DNA of 64,000 nt from Microthrixaceae bacterium (GTDB lineage Bacteria; Actinomycetota; Acidimicrobiia; Acidimicrobiales; Microtrichaceae): the NCBI GenBank assembly GCA_041394405.1, contig JAWKIF010000016.1:1202-65201 (forward strand), given 5' to 3'. The notes under the pieces are model-generated. The model made no database searches and was not told where the DNA came from. It saw nothing but the letters and a program-made list of their open reading frames with translations. The number at the start of each line of letters is the position of its first letter. The stretch's first letter is position 1. Both the position numbers and the translations under genes were made by a program. Shown here piece by piece: positions 7,756 to 17,156 of this stretch.

Positions 7756-9858
7756 GTGACCGACGACGGTCAACAGGCCGTCTCCGAGTGGGGGCCGGAT
7801 CGCTTCGTCAACCGCGAGCTGTCGTGGCTGGAGTTCAACGCCCGCGTATTGGCCCTGGCTCACGATCCGACCGTTCCGCTGTTGGAGCAGGCCAAGTTCC
7901 TGGCCATCTTCTCCTCGAATGCCGATGAGTTCTTCCAGGTGCGGGTGGCCGGGCTGCTGGAGCAGGTCGAATCCGGGGTGACCGGGCGGACACCCGATGG
8001 GCGCACGCCGACCGTGCAGCTTCGGGAGATCGCCCAGCGCTCCGCCGAGTTGGCCGAGCTGGCCGACGAGATCTTCCTGCAGTCGCTGGTGCCGGCGCTG
8101 GCCGATCGCGGGGTGCGCTTCCTGAAGTGGCGGGAGCTGTCACCCGACGATCAGGACTGGCTGCGGGACGTGTTCGACGAGCAGATCTTTCCGGTGCTCA
8201 CGCCGCTGGCGGTCGACCCCTCCCACCCGTTCCCCTACATCTCCAACCTGTCGCTCAACCTGGGCGTCCGGGTGCGCGACCCGCTCACCGAGGAGGTGCG
8301 GTTCGCGCGACTGAAGGTGCCCCAGCTGCTGCCTCGGTTCCTGGTGCTGCCCGATGGCGAGCGCTTTGTGCCCCTCGAGCAGGTGATCGCCGCCCACCTC
8401 GACCGCCTGTTTCCGGGCATGTCCATCGTTGACTCCACCGTGTTTCGGGTGACCCGCAACACCGACCTGATGTTGGAGGAGGACGAGGCCGACGACCTGT
8501 TGGCCGCCGTGCAGTCGGAGGTGCGGCGGCGCCGATTTGGCGGCGCGGTGCGCCTGGAGGTGGATGATCACGCGGCCCCGGAGGTGGTGGACTTCCTGAT
8601 CGACGAGCTGGGCCTGAGCCTCGACGGTGTCATTCGGCGCCGCACCCCGCTGGATCTCACCGGTCTGTGGACGGTGCACGACCTGGACCTGCCCGAGGCC
8701 ACCTACCCCGACTTCTCGGGCATCACCCAACCCAGGTTGGGCGCCGGCGCCGAAGGCCCCCCCAACGACTTCTTCGCCGTGCTTCGTGCCGGCGACCTGC
8801 TGGTGCAGCACCCCTACGACAGTTTCTCGGGCAGCGTCGAGGAGTTCATCCGTCAGGCCTCCCGCGATCCCGACGTGCTGGCGATCAAGCTCACCCTGTA
8901 CCGGACCTCCGGCGACTCGCCCATCGTGGAGGCCCTCATTCGGGCCGCCGAGCGGGGCAAACAGGTGGCCGCCCTGGTGGAGCTGAAGGCCCGCTTCGAC
9001 GAGGAGAACAACATCGTCTGGGCCAAACGCCTGGAGAAGGCCGGCGTTCACGTGGTGTACGGCATGGTGGGGCTCAAGACCCACACCAAGGTGGTGTTGG
9101 TGGCCCGCCAGGAGGGCGGGCACGTGCGCCGATACAGCCACGTCGGCACCGGCAACTACAACCCCAAGACGGCCCGCATCTACGAGGATCTGGGTCTGCT
9201 GACCGCCGACGAGGTGATCGGCGCCGACGTCACCTCGCTCTTCAACTACCTCACCGGCTACGCCCGCGACGTCACCTATCACCGGCTGCTGGTGGCCCCC
9301 CACTACCTCCGCCTGGGCCTCACGGAGCGCATCCGCGGCGAGGTGGCGGCGCCGGAGGGCACCGGTCACATCATCATGAAGATGAACAGCCTGGTGGATC
9401 CGGACCTCATCGACGAGCTGTACGCAGCCTCGTCAGCTGGGGTGCGTATCGAGCTGATCGTGCGAGGCATCTGCTGCCTGCGCCCGGGGGTAGCGGGCCT
9501 CTCCGAGAACATCACCGTGCGCTCCATCGTTGGTCGCTACCTGGAGCACTCCCGGGTGTATCACTTCGCCAACGGCGACGGGCACGGCCGGCCGGCCTGG
9601 TACTTCGGCTCGGCCGACCTCATGCCCCGCAACCTGGATCGCCGGGTGGAGGCGGTCACGCCGGTCCTGGACGACGACCTCCGGGCTCGCCTGGCCACGA
9701 TCCTGGCGATCGCGCTGGCCGACGACACGCTGGCATGGGAGCTCGACGACCGCAGCTGGCGGCGGGTGCGGCCCGACGGCGCCGAACGGGGCCAGGTGGA
9801 CTCCCACCAGGTCCTGGAGGAGGAAGCGCTCAAGCGAGCCTCGCTGAGCGTGCTGTGA
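7756..9858 (+). CDS. ppk: Polyphosphate kinase 1
   Basis: ORF 7621-9858. PPK1 N-terminal signature RFVNRELSWLEFNARVL...AKFLAIFSSNADEFFQVRVAGL and two PLD-like C-terminal domains (KTHTKVVLV, EHSRVYHF). Start set at in-frame GTG 7756, after the preceding gene's stop. Confidence 0.9.
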   Translation: MTDDGQQAVSEWGPDRFVNRELSWLEFNARVLALAHDPTVPLLEQAKFLAIFSSNADEFFQVRVAGLLEQVESGVTGRTPDGRTPTVQLREIAQRSAELAELADEIFLQSLVPALADRGVRFLKWRELSPDDQDWLRDVFDEQIFPVLTPLAVDPSHPFPYISNLSLNLGVRVRDPLTEEVRFARLKVPQLLPRFLVLPDGERFVPLEQVIAAHLDRLFPGMSIVDSTVFRVTRNTDLMLEEDEADDLLAAVQSEVRRRRFGGAVRLEVDDHAAPEVVDFLIDELGLSLDGVIRRRTPLDLTGLWTVHDLDLPEATYPDFSGITQPRLGAGAEGPPNDFFAVLRAGDLLVQHPYDSFSGSVEEFIRQASRDPDVLAIKLTLYRTSGDSPIVEALIRAAERGKQVAALVELKARFDEENNIVWAKRLEKAGVHVVYGMVGLKTHTKVVLVARQEGGHVRRYSHVGTGNYNPKTARIYEDLGLLTADEVIGADVTSLFNYLTGYARDVTYHRLLVAPHYLRLGLTERIRGEVAAPEGTGHIIMKMNSLVDPDLIDELYAASSAGVRIELIVRGICCLRPGVAGLSENITVRSIVGRYLEHSRVYHFANGDGHGRPAWYFGSADLMPRNLDRRVEAVTPVLDDDLRARLATILAIALADDTLAWELDDRSWRRVRPDGAERGQVDSHQVLEEEALKRASLSVL

Positions 9859-9932
9859 GGGCCTCGGGGCCCTCATCACACCGCGATCGAACCTGGGACG
9901 GCCCCCCGCCCGTGCCCGGTCCTCAGGGTCCC

Positions 9933-11183
9933 GTGGTGCACTGGCACGCACCGTTCGCCAGGCTCGCCGTGGCCCACGGTCTCTCCACGGCGGGCGACGC
10001 CATGGTGGCGATCGCGCTGGCCAACACGCTCTTCTTTCAGGTGGACCCCACCGACGCTCAGGGCAAGGTGCTGCTCTACCTGCTCTTCACCATGGCGCCC
10101 TTTGCCGTGGTCGGCCCGTTCATCGGCCCGGCCATGGACCGGGTTCCCGGCGGCCACCGGCTGGTCATCATGGCCTCGGGGTTGGGGCGCATGGTGTTGG
10201 CGCTGGCCATGATCCCCAACGCCGACGGCGGGCTGTTGTTGTTCCCCGAGGCGTTCATGGTGCTGGTGCTGGGCAAGACCTACCAGGTGGGCAAGGCGGC
10301 CATCGTGCCCAGCACCGTCAGCAGCGACCGAGAACTGGTGGAGGCCAACTCCAAGCTGCAGTTGCTGTCGGGCTTGGCGGGCGCCGCTGCGGCCATCCCT
10401 GCCGGGCTGGCCTCACTGATCGGTCCCGGAGCGGTCCTCTTCCTCGCCGGGGCGGTGTTCCTGGCGGCGTCGCTGGCCGCAATCAGAGTGCCCGACCCCC
10501 GGCGCCCGGTCGAGCGGGTCGACCCCGAGGTGTCCGCCGAACTCAACACCCTGCCGGTACAGACCTCGGCCGCCGCCATGTCCTGGCTGCGGGGGGTGGT
10601 CGGCTTCGTCAGCTTCCTCTTGGCCTTTGCGCTGCGGCGCCCACCGGATGCCCCGCCGCTGGGCACGACCGCAGGCCGGGTGATGGGGGCACGGGGCGAC
10701 TACGTGGGCGTTGTGCCCCAGGCGCCGTATCCCCAGTGGTACTTCGCAGTGGTGGTCGTGGCCGCAGTGGTTGGCGGGCTGGCCGGATCGGTGTTGGCCC
10801 CCAGGCTTCGGGGCAAGCTGCGCGAGGGACCGATTCTCTCCGGCGCCCTGGTGGCGGTGGTGGTGGTGGCCTTCGGTGGCCTGGTGCTTCCCGGGCTGCT
10901 GGGCATGATGCTGCTGTCGGCCGGTGTGGCAGCGTCGGCCAGCGTGGGCAAGCAGGCCTTCGACGCCCTGGTCCAGGCCGACGCCCCCGACGTCGATCGA
11001 GGTCGGGTCTTCGCCCGATTCGAGAGCCAGTTCCAGCTGGTGTGGGTGGTGGGCGCCGCATTGGCGGTGTTCCTGCGCCTGGGGGTAACGGCGGGTTCTG
11101 CCGTGCTGTTGGTGGGGGGCGTGCTGGCCACCCTGGGCTACGGGGTTCTGGCCCGCAACCAGTCGGCCTACAGGTCGGGGTAG
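9933..11183 (+). CDS. MFS-type membrane transporter (putative)
   Basis: 3' part of ORF 8667-11183, whose 5' part is an out-of-frame shadow of ppk. Roughly 10-12 hydrophobic segments and a DRVPGGHRL loop after TM2, typical of MFS. GTG starts at 9933 or 9936. Confidence 0.6.
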   Translation: MVHWHAPFARLAVAHGLSTAGDAMVAIALANTLFFQVDPTDAQGKVLLYLLFTMAPFAVVGPFIGPAMDRVPGGHRLVIMASGLGRMVLALAMIPNADGGLLLFPEAFMVLVLGKTYQVGKAAIVPSTVSSDRELVEANSKLQLLSGLAGAAAAIPAGLASLIGPGAVLFLAGAVFLAASLAAIRVPDPRRPVERVDPEVSAELNTLPVQTSAAAMSWLRGVVGFVSFLLAFALRRPPDAPPLGTTAGRVMGARGDYVGVVPQAPYPQWYFAVVVVAAVVGGLAGSVLAPRLRGKLREGPILSGALVAVVVVAFGGLVLPGLLGMMLLSAGVAASASVGKQAFDALVQADAPDVDRGRVFARFESQFQLVWVVGAALAVFLRLGVTAGSAVLLVGGVLATLGYGVLARNQSAYRSG

Positions 11184-12451
11184 TCGGGCACGTCCAGGTC
11201 GCCCGCCTCGGGCTCGGGGCCGGCACCGGACTCCAGCCCCAGGCGTGCCAGCCACAGGCCGGGCGCCTGCAACTCATTGGGGGTGGGTATGGCCTCGGGG
11301 TCGGTCACCAGCCGGGTGAGCACCTCCGGGCTGGAGCGTTCCAGAACTCCCTCCACGAACCCGCGCCCCCGGTCCATGAGGTCTTGGGTGAGCTCCAGCC
11401 CGAAGAGCCGTTCCACGAAGCGGCTGGCCGAGTCGGTGCTGACCCGCCGGCGGCGCAGCGCCTCGGCCACGCGTCCGCCGCCGGGCATCAAGCGCTCTGC
11501 GACCTGATCGGTCACCCATCCGGCCCAACCCTCCAGCGCCGCCACGGCGGCGTCGATGCGGGGCCGCAGCGCATCCTGTTCGGGCGTTCGAAGCGAACCC
11601 AACAACCGTTCCGGATCCAGGGTGAGGCCGCCGTTGGCGATCGCAGTCTCGGGATCATCGCCCAGCAACTGGGCGATGGCATCGGTGGAGAGGTCGGTGG
11701 GCACCCCATCGACGTAGGCCCCCAGCATGGCCTCCAGCTGCGGGCCGAAGGCGGCTCGCGAAAGCGCAGCATGCAACGCCAGCTCCTGGGTTGTCTCCCA
11801 GAGCGTGAGGTCGTCGGCGTCCAGCTCCCACTCGGCGGCGAATTCCGCCAGGTTGGAGGCGATCAGCGTCACCTCGTCGGCATGGCGCGGAATCGGCAGG
11901 TCGTAGGAGCCGAAGCTGCGAATGGCCAACTGCCCCACGGTGCCCGAGGCCATCATGGTGTACATGAGCGAGCCCATCATGGGCCCCAGCTGGAGGAACG
12001 CGCCCAGCGCAGCGGGGTCCACTCCCGGCGGAAGGTCGTCCTCGTTCACTGCGCCGTCGGCGGCAGCTTCGTCCAGTTGGCCCTTGGCCAGGGCGCCGAG
12101 CGCGTCGCTCAGGCGTCGCAGCAAGGGGCCGTGCGCGGTCAGGGTGGCCGCTGCCCACTGGCCACGGGTGACCGGCCGAACCTTCACCCCTGCCAGCGAC
12201 AGACCGGTGATCTGGGTGACATGCAACTCGGCCACCCGGGCGAGCTCCTCGATGCGGATGCGGTCCGCCGGGTCGACGTTGGGTTCGGTGCGGCCCTCGG
12301 AGGCGATGGCCGAGGCCAGCTGCGCCAGGTGGGCGTCGTCGGGCGAGCCCATGTTGCCCAGGTTGGACATGAGTGCGTTCAGCATGGCGCCGAGATCCAT
12401 GGGGACGCCGTCGTCGTCGTCGGGGAGCCGGAATGGATCGTTGGGAGCCAC
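11168..12451 (-). CDS. DUF2342-type putative hydrolase (family often annotated zinc-dependent metalloprotease or F420-biosynthesis associated)
   Basis: 3' part of ORF 11168-13375. Recognised from overall sequence character (MLNALMSNLGNMG..., ...LWETTQELALH..., ...VERLFGLELTQDLMDRGRGFV). Start is GTG 12451 or ATG 12400. No HExxH present (see findings). Confidence 0.55.
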   Translation of the reverse strand: MAPNDPFRLPDDDDGVPMDLGAMLNALMSNLGNMGSPDDAHLAQLASAIASEGRTEPNVDPADRIRIEELARVAELHVTQITGLSLAGVKVRPVTRGQWAAATLTAHGPLLRRLSDALGALAKGQLDEAAADGAVNEDDLPPGVDPAALGAFLQLGPMMGSLMYTMMASGTVGQLAIRSFGSYDLPIPRHADEVTLIASNLAEFAAEWELDADDLTLWETTQELALHAALSRAAFGPQLEAMLGAYVDGVPTDLSTDAIAQLLGDDPETAIANGGLTLDPERLLGSLRTPEQDALRPRIDAAVAALEGWAGWVTDQVAERLMPGGGRVAEALRRRRVSTDSASRFVERLFGLELTQDLMDRGRGFVEGVLERSSPEVLTRLVTDPEAIPTPNELQAPGLWLARLGLESGAGPEPEAGDLDVPDYPDL

Positions 12452-12457
12452 GCGGGC

Positions 12458-13534
12458 ATGGTAGGCGCCATGGACAACGCTTTGGACGCGTCCGCCCCCG
12501 GTTCTCGTGTCGTGCTGGTGGGTGGCGAGTGCGTCGTGGGCCGCGCACTGCTGGACTCCTGGCAGCTGGCGGGAGTGGCGGCCACGGTGGTGGGCCGTGC
12601 CCCCGCGGACGGAACCGAGGCTGAGGTGGCCGGCCATCCGGTGGTGGACGTCAATCGGCGCGCCGCCGTGGCATCGGCGCTGTCGGGCGCAGCTGAGTTG
12701 GTGATCTTGGGGGCCACCGGCGTTCGTGATGCGGACGGCTCGGGCATCGGACTGTTGGACGAGCCGCTGGTCGCCGCGGTGCTGGCCGAGGCCGCTCGCA
12801 ACCCTCCCGGTCACGTCACGGTGCTGTCGACGGCGCTGGCCTACGAGCTCGCCGTCGGTGGGCCCAGTTTGCGCACGGAGAACGACCCCTTGGTGCCGGG
12901 GCGGGTGCGTGCCGTGGCCGACCGGGTGCGGCTGGAATCGTTGGTCGCCGGCTGGGAGGCCACGACCAAGGTGCCCGTGGCGGTGCTGCGGCCGGTGCTG
13001 GTGGCCTCGGTGGAGGCACGAAGCTGGTTCGGCCGGTCGGCCTGGCGGAACCGCCGACTGTGTCCGTCCCCACGGCCGGTGGTGCAGTACGTGCTGTTGC
13101 GCGACGTGGTGGGCGCGGCGGAGGTGGTGCGTCGCCGGCGCGCGGCCGGAGCGTTCAACGTCGCACCCGACGGTTGGTTGGAGGGCGCGGAGACGGTGGA
13201 GCTGGCCGACCGTCGGTTTGTCGTTGGTGCGCCGCCGGCGGTGTTGGCGTTTGTGGAATGGCTGCGGTGGTGGACGTGGTGGTCCCCGACGCCGCCGGCG
13301 TTGCTGGACCTGGCCCGCCATGACGTGGCGGTGGATTCGGCGCGGCTGCGTTCCGAGGGATGGGCCAGCAGCCATTCCAACACCGAGGCGTTCCTAGTGG
13401 CCCATGCCCCGGCATGGTGGCCCTCCCTGAGCGCCCGTCGGCGTCAGGATCTGGTGCTGGGTGGCGCACTCATGACGGTGGCCGCAGCGAGCGCTGCTGC
13501 CGTCGTTGCGCTCCGGCGGGTCCGGCGGAGCTAG
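12458..13534 (+). CDS. NAD-dependent epimerase/dehydratase-like (SDR-fold) protein with C-terminal TM segment
   Basis: 3' third of ORF 10736-13534. N-terminal Rossmann-like VVLVGGECVVGRALL. Divergent from the DUF2342 gene with only a 6-nt gap. Weak assignment. Confidence 0.5.
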   Translation: MVGAMDNALDASAPGSRVVLVGGECVVGRALLDSWQLAGVAATVVGRAPADGTEAEVAGHPVVDVNRRAAVASALSGAAELVILGATGVRDADGSGIGLLDEPLVAAVLAEAARNPPGHVTVLSTALAYELAVGGPSLRTENDPLVPGRVRAVADRVRLESLVAGWEATTKVPVAVLRPVLVASVEARSWFGRSAWRNRRLCPSPRPVVQYVLLRDVVGAAEVVRRRRAAGAFNVAPDGWLEGAETVELADRRFVVGAPPAVLAFVEWLRWWTWWSPTPPALLDLARHDVAVDSARLRSEGWASSHSNTEAFLVAHAPAWWPSLSARRRQDLVLGGALMTVAAASAAAVVALRRVRRS

Positions 13535-14517
13535 CCCGCGCGTTCGGCAACCTCGACGGCAACCGAGACGTCCTTTCCGGAGCGCCGACACCCCACCTGG
13601 GCCCGGTCGCCGGGCTGGTGCAGGCCCACCAAGACCTGCACCTCGGCGGCCGAGCGGACCGGCTGGCCGTCCACCGCCACCAGTTCGTCACCCACCCGCA
13701 GGTCGCGGTCGCTCGTGGCGGTGACGGTGACGCGGCGGCCGGAGTCGCTCACCGTTGCCGGCAGGGTGACGTCGGTGGCGTCGCCAACGATCACCTCGGC
13801 CACGCGACGCAGGGCGCGCCATGGCACGGCCACGGTGCGGCCGCCCTCAGTCCGAGCGGTCACGGCCACCACCTCCCCGTCCACGCCGACGGGGAGGCCG
13901 CTCCCCACCTCGTGGTTCCCCAGGTCGGCGGCCGGGAGCGGACCCCAGCGGCTCATGGTCCAACCGTTCGTCGCTGAGAGGTCCTTCGACGGGGGTACGG
14001 GCCAGTTCTTGGTGGGCCCGTCGACGCGATAGACCGCCAGCCCCAGCCCGTCGGAGGAGGAGGCCAGGGTGGCGTCGCTGTCCCGTTGGCCGACCTGCAA
14101 CGTGACGTGGGTTGGTGGGTCCGCCATGCCGGTCATCACCATGCCCCGAGGATGCACCACCACGCCGGGGTGCTCGCTGTCGCCGGCAATGATGTGTGCC
14201 TGGGGCACCGTCACCGTCGACGGCGTCGGTGTGGCGGCGCCGGCGGCTGGGGCCGATTCGCCACTCGGACGCTGGGCCAGTGCCATCAGCCCGACCGGGG
14301 CGGCCAGCAGCGCCACCAGCCCGACGGCCACGACGAGGGAGGTCGGGATGCGTCGACGATCTGGGGGCGCTGCGGGCGATTCGTCGAGGGCCTCGGTGCT
14401 GGCGCGCCGACGGGCCAGTTCGCTGGGGTGGATCCACAGCCGATCATCGGGATGCACGGGCACGTCTTCGCGCCCGTCACCCGACCCGTTTGGGTCGTCT
14501 TGGGTGCCGCTGGGCAT
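13531..14517 (-). CDS. Membrane-anchored PDZ-domain protein (degenerate trypsin-like/HtrA-related)
   Basis: 3' part of ORF 13531-14931. ATG 14517 (MPSGTQDD), TM segment LVVAVGLVALLAAPVGLMAL, C-terminal PDZ-like GDELVAVDGQPVRSAAEVQVLV. Confidence 0.6.
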   Translation of the reverse strand: MPSGTQDDPNGSGDGREDVPVHPDDRLWIHPSELARRRASTEALDESPAAPPDRRRIPTSLVVAVGLVALLAAPVGLMALAQRPSGESAPAAGAATPTPSTVTVPQAHIIAGDSEHPGVVVHPRGMVMTGMADPPTHVTLQVGQRDSDATLASSSDGLGLAVYRVDGPTKNWPVPPSKDLSATNGWTMSRWGPLPAADLGNHEVGSGLPVGVDGEVVAVTARTEGGRTVAVPWRALRRVAEVIVGDATDVTLPATVSDSGRRVTVTATSDRDLRVGDELVAVDGQPVRSAAEVQVLVGLHQPGDRAQVGCRRSGKDVSVAVEVAERAG

Positions 14518-14580
14518 TGGGCCACGATACCGACGAGCACGCCGCAGGGGTCCGCGGCCCGCCTTGGCTAGCCTCGCCGC

Positions 14581-15033
14581 GTGATTCGCAACGAACTCGC
14601 CTGGCTGGGCCTCGCACCGGACCGGCTTCCGGTGGAGGAGATCCGGCGCTGGGCCGTCCGGCCCGACTGCGGTGCGGTGGTGGTGTTCTGCGGAACGACC
14701 CGCGATCACTCCGAGGGGCGCAGCGGCGTGAGCGAGCTGGTCTATGAGGCCTACGAGGCCCAAGCGGAGCGGCGCCTGGTGGCCTTGGAGGCCGAGGCCC
14801 GCGCCGCCTGGCCCCAGATTCGCGCCGTGGCGGCGGTGCACCGCACGGGCTCGGTCGAGTTGGGCGAGGAGGCCGTCGTCGTGGCAGTGTCCTCGGCCCA
14901 CCGCGCCGAGGCGTTTGCAGCGGCGTCCCACCTGATCGATCGCCTAAAGGCCTCCGTTCCTATCTGGAAGGAAGAAGTGAGCGACACCGGACGACGTTGG
15001 AGCCCCGAGGCGCTGGAGATCGACCAGCAGTGA
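14581..15033 (+). CDS. moaE: Molybdopterin synthase catalytic subunit MoaE
   Basis: ORF 14581-15033. MoaE-type sequence GAVVVFCGTTRDHSEG...VAVSSAHRAEAF...IDRLKASVPIWKEE. Confidence 0.85.
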   Translation: MIRNELAWLGLAPDRLPVEEIRRWAVRPDCGAVVVFCGTTRDHSEGRSGVSELVYEAYEAQAERRLVALEAEARAAWPQIRAVAAVHRTGSVELGEEAVVVAVSSAHRAEAFAAASHLIDRLKASVPIWKEEVSDTGRRWSPEALEIDQQ

Positions 15034-15221
15034 GCCCGGCGATCTTCCTCCTCGTCGCGGTCGGGCTCAGCGCCATGGGCTCGCTGGTGGTATGGCTGGT
15101 GTTGCGCGAACGTCAGTCCAAGAGCGACGCCATGACCGATTTCCGCAGGACCATGTCGGCGCTCGACCCGAACGAGAAGCCCGGCGGCCGAAACGGTCGC
15201 CGGAGCCCTCCGGCCGCCTAG
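15030..15221 (+). CDS. Small membrane protein (63 aa), hypothetical
   Basis: In-frame GTG 15030 overlaps the moaE stop (GTGA). One TM helix, AIFLLVAVGLSAMGSLVVWLVL. Confidence 0.45.
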   Translation: MSPAIFLLVAVGLSAMGSLVVWLVLRERQSKSDAMTDFRRTMSALDPNEKPGGRNGRRSPPAA

Positions 15222-15335
15222 GGCCCAGCCGAATACGCGTGTCGTGGTGGCCCATGGGGCACCATAGGGGGTCGCGGAACCCGCAGAACCACCCGCCTGA
15301 CGCCCACCCCGACCCGATCCCGAGAGGACAACGCC

Positions 15336-16346
15336 CTGGCACGCGACCTTGCCATCGACCTCGGCACCGCGAACACCCTGGTGTACGCGCGCGGGGAGGG
15401 CATCGTGTTGAACGAGCCGTCGGTGATCGCCATCAACTCGCGCACCAAGGACGTCCTGGCCATGGGCCGGGAGGCGTGGCACATGATCGGTCGCACGCCC
15501 AGCCACATCGTGGCGGTGCGCCCGCTGCGAAAGGGTGCGATCACCGACTTCGAGGTCACCCAGGAGATGATCCGCCTGCTGCTCAAGCGGGTCGGGGTGA
15601 GCCGCTTCAATCGGCCACGGGTGGTCATCTGCGTTCCCTCGGCCATCACGCCCGTGGAGCGCCGAGCCGTCGTGGACGCCACCCGCAGGGCCGGTGCCGC
15701 CGACGCGCAGCTGATCGAACAGCCCATGGCGGCCGCCATCGGGGCCGGCCTGCCCATCAACGAGCCCATCGCCAACATGGTGGTGGACATCGGCGGGGGC
15801 ACGTCCGAGACGGCGCTGATCTCCATGGGCGGCATCGTGGCCATCCAGGCGGTGCGGGTGGGCTCGTTCGACCTCGACTCGGCGTTGATCACCTGGATCC
15901 GGCGGGAATACGGCATTGCGGTGGGCGAGCAAACGGCCGAGGAAATCAAGATCACCATCGGCTCGGCCTACCCCACCGAGGAGGAGTTCCAGGCGGAGGT
16001 GCGGGGCCGCGACCTCATGACGGGCCTGCCCAAGACCGTGGTGCTGGACCCCGAGGAGGTGCGCCAGGCCCTGGCGGAACCGGTGGGTGCCATGGTGGAT
16101 TCGGTGCTGACCTGCCTCGGGCAGTCGCCTCCCGAGCTGGCCCAGGACCTCATCACCCAGGGCCTGTATCTGGTGGGGGGCGGTTCGCTGTTGCGGGGCC
16201 TCGACCGCCGGCTGGCCCTGGAGACCGAGGTGCCGGTCCGGCGGGTGGAGCAACCACTCGAAACGGTGGTGCTGGGTGCCGGCCGGGTCATTGAGAGCTA
16301 CGAGGCGCTGCAGGCCATGTTCATGGACGCACGGCGACCTCGCTAG
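15336..16346 (+). CDS. mreB: Rod-shape-determining actin homolog MreB
   Basis: ORF track starts at GTG 15381 (MYARGEGIV...). The same frame is open from 15222 and encodes the conserved MreB N-terminus ARDLAIDLGTANTLVY upstream of that GTG. No ATG/GTG/TTG occurs in 15222-15380. CTG 15336 sits 7 nt after GAGAGGA. End 16346 is firm; the start is inferred. Confidence 0.85.
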   Translation: MARDLAIDLGTANTLVYARGEGIVLNEPSVIAINSRTKDVLAMGREAWHMIGRTPSHIVAVRPLRKGAITDFEVTQEMIRLLLKRVGVSRFNRPRVVICVPSAITPVERRAVVDATRRAGAADAQLIEQPMAAAIGAGLPINEPIANMVVDIGGGTSETALISMGGIVAIQAVRVGSFDLDSALITWIRREYGIAVGEQTAEEIKITIGSAYPTEEEFQAEVRGRDLMTGLPKTVVLDPEEVRQALAEPVGAMVDSVLTCLGQSPPELAQDLITQGLYLVGGGSLLRGLDRRLALETEVPVRRVEQPLETVVLGAGRVIESYEALQAMFMDARRPR

Positions 16347-16397
16347 GACCGCTATGGTTCCGTTTCGAGAGACGGCCAGGGGAGCGAGGGGGTTGGT

Positions 16398-17156
16398 GTG
16401 CCGCAGTTGGAGGTCGACGACATCACGCTGCGCTTCGGTGGTGTCATCGCCCTGGATGCGCTCAGCTTCACCGTGCAACCCGACAGCGTCACTGCGCTGA
16501 TCGGCCCCAACGGCGCCGGCAAGACCACCCTGTTTAACGTGGTGACCCGCCTCTACGAGGCCGACTCGGGCTCGGTGCGGCTCGACGGCGACGAGCTGCT
16601 CGCCACCCCGGCCCACCACATCGCCACGAAGGGGATCGCCAGGACGTTTCAGAACCTGGCGCTGGTACCCGGGCTGACGGTGCTCGACAACGTGATGATC
16701 GGCGAGCACTCCCGCACCGTCGGCGGATTCCTCAGCTCCCTTGCAGGGGTTCAGTTTCTGGGCCGCGAGGCCGCGTCGCGACGCTCGGCCATGGAATTGC
16801 TGGACCGGTTGGGCCTGGCGGGCGTGGCCAGGTCGCCGGCCGCAGGGCTGCCGTTCGGCACGCTGAAGCGCATCGAGCTGGCCCGAGCCCTGGCGTCGGA
16901 ACCGACGCTGCTGTTGCTGGACGAGCCCGCCTCCGGCCTGACCCACTCCGAGGTCGACGAGCTGGCGGCCGTGATCCGCGACATCCGCGACGAGTTCCAC
17001 CTGACCGTGCTGTTGGTGGAGCACCACATGGGGATGGTGATGGAGATCTCCGACGAGGTGGTGGTGATGGAGTTCGGTTCCAAGATCGCCGAGGGTGACC
17101 CGGCAACCGTGCGCAACGACCCGGTCGTCATCGAAGCCTATTTGGGGGCGTCATGA
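16398..17156 (+). CDS. livG: Branched-chain amino acid ABC transporter ATP-binding protein (LivG-like)
   Basis: ORF 16398-17156. Walker A GPNGAGKTT, signature LPFGTLKRIELARAL, Walker B LLLLDEPASGL. Confidence 0.85.
   Translation: MPQLEVDDITLRFGGVIALDALSFTVQPDSVTALIGPNGAGKTTLFNVVTRLYEADSGSVRLDGDELLATPAHHIATKGIARTFQNLALVPGLTVLDNVMIGEHSRTVGGFLSSLAGVQFLGREAASRRSAMELLDRLGLAGVARSPAAGLPFGTLKRIELARALASEPTLLLLDEPASGLTHSEVDELAAVIRDIRDEFHLTVLLVEHHMGMVMEISDEVVVMEFGSKIAEGDPATVRNDPVVIEAYLGAS

Noticed and set aside
10736-12457. 5' two-thirds of the 932-aa plus-strand ORF 10736-13534
   Set aside because: It overlaps the MFS gene out of frame and the DUF2342 gene in antisense. Only the 3' part from 12458 has a protein-like sequence.
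14751-17027. 758-aa ORF on the minus strand
   Set aside because: It lies antisense to moaE, mreB and livG, which all carry clear family motifs. It is Arg/Gly/His-rich with no motifs, a typical high-GC shadow ORF.
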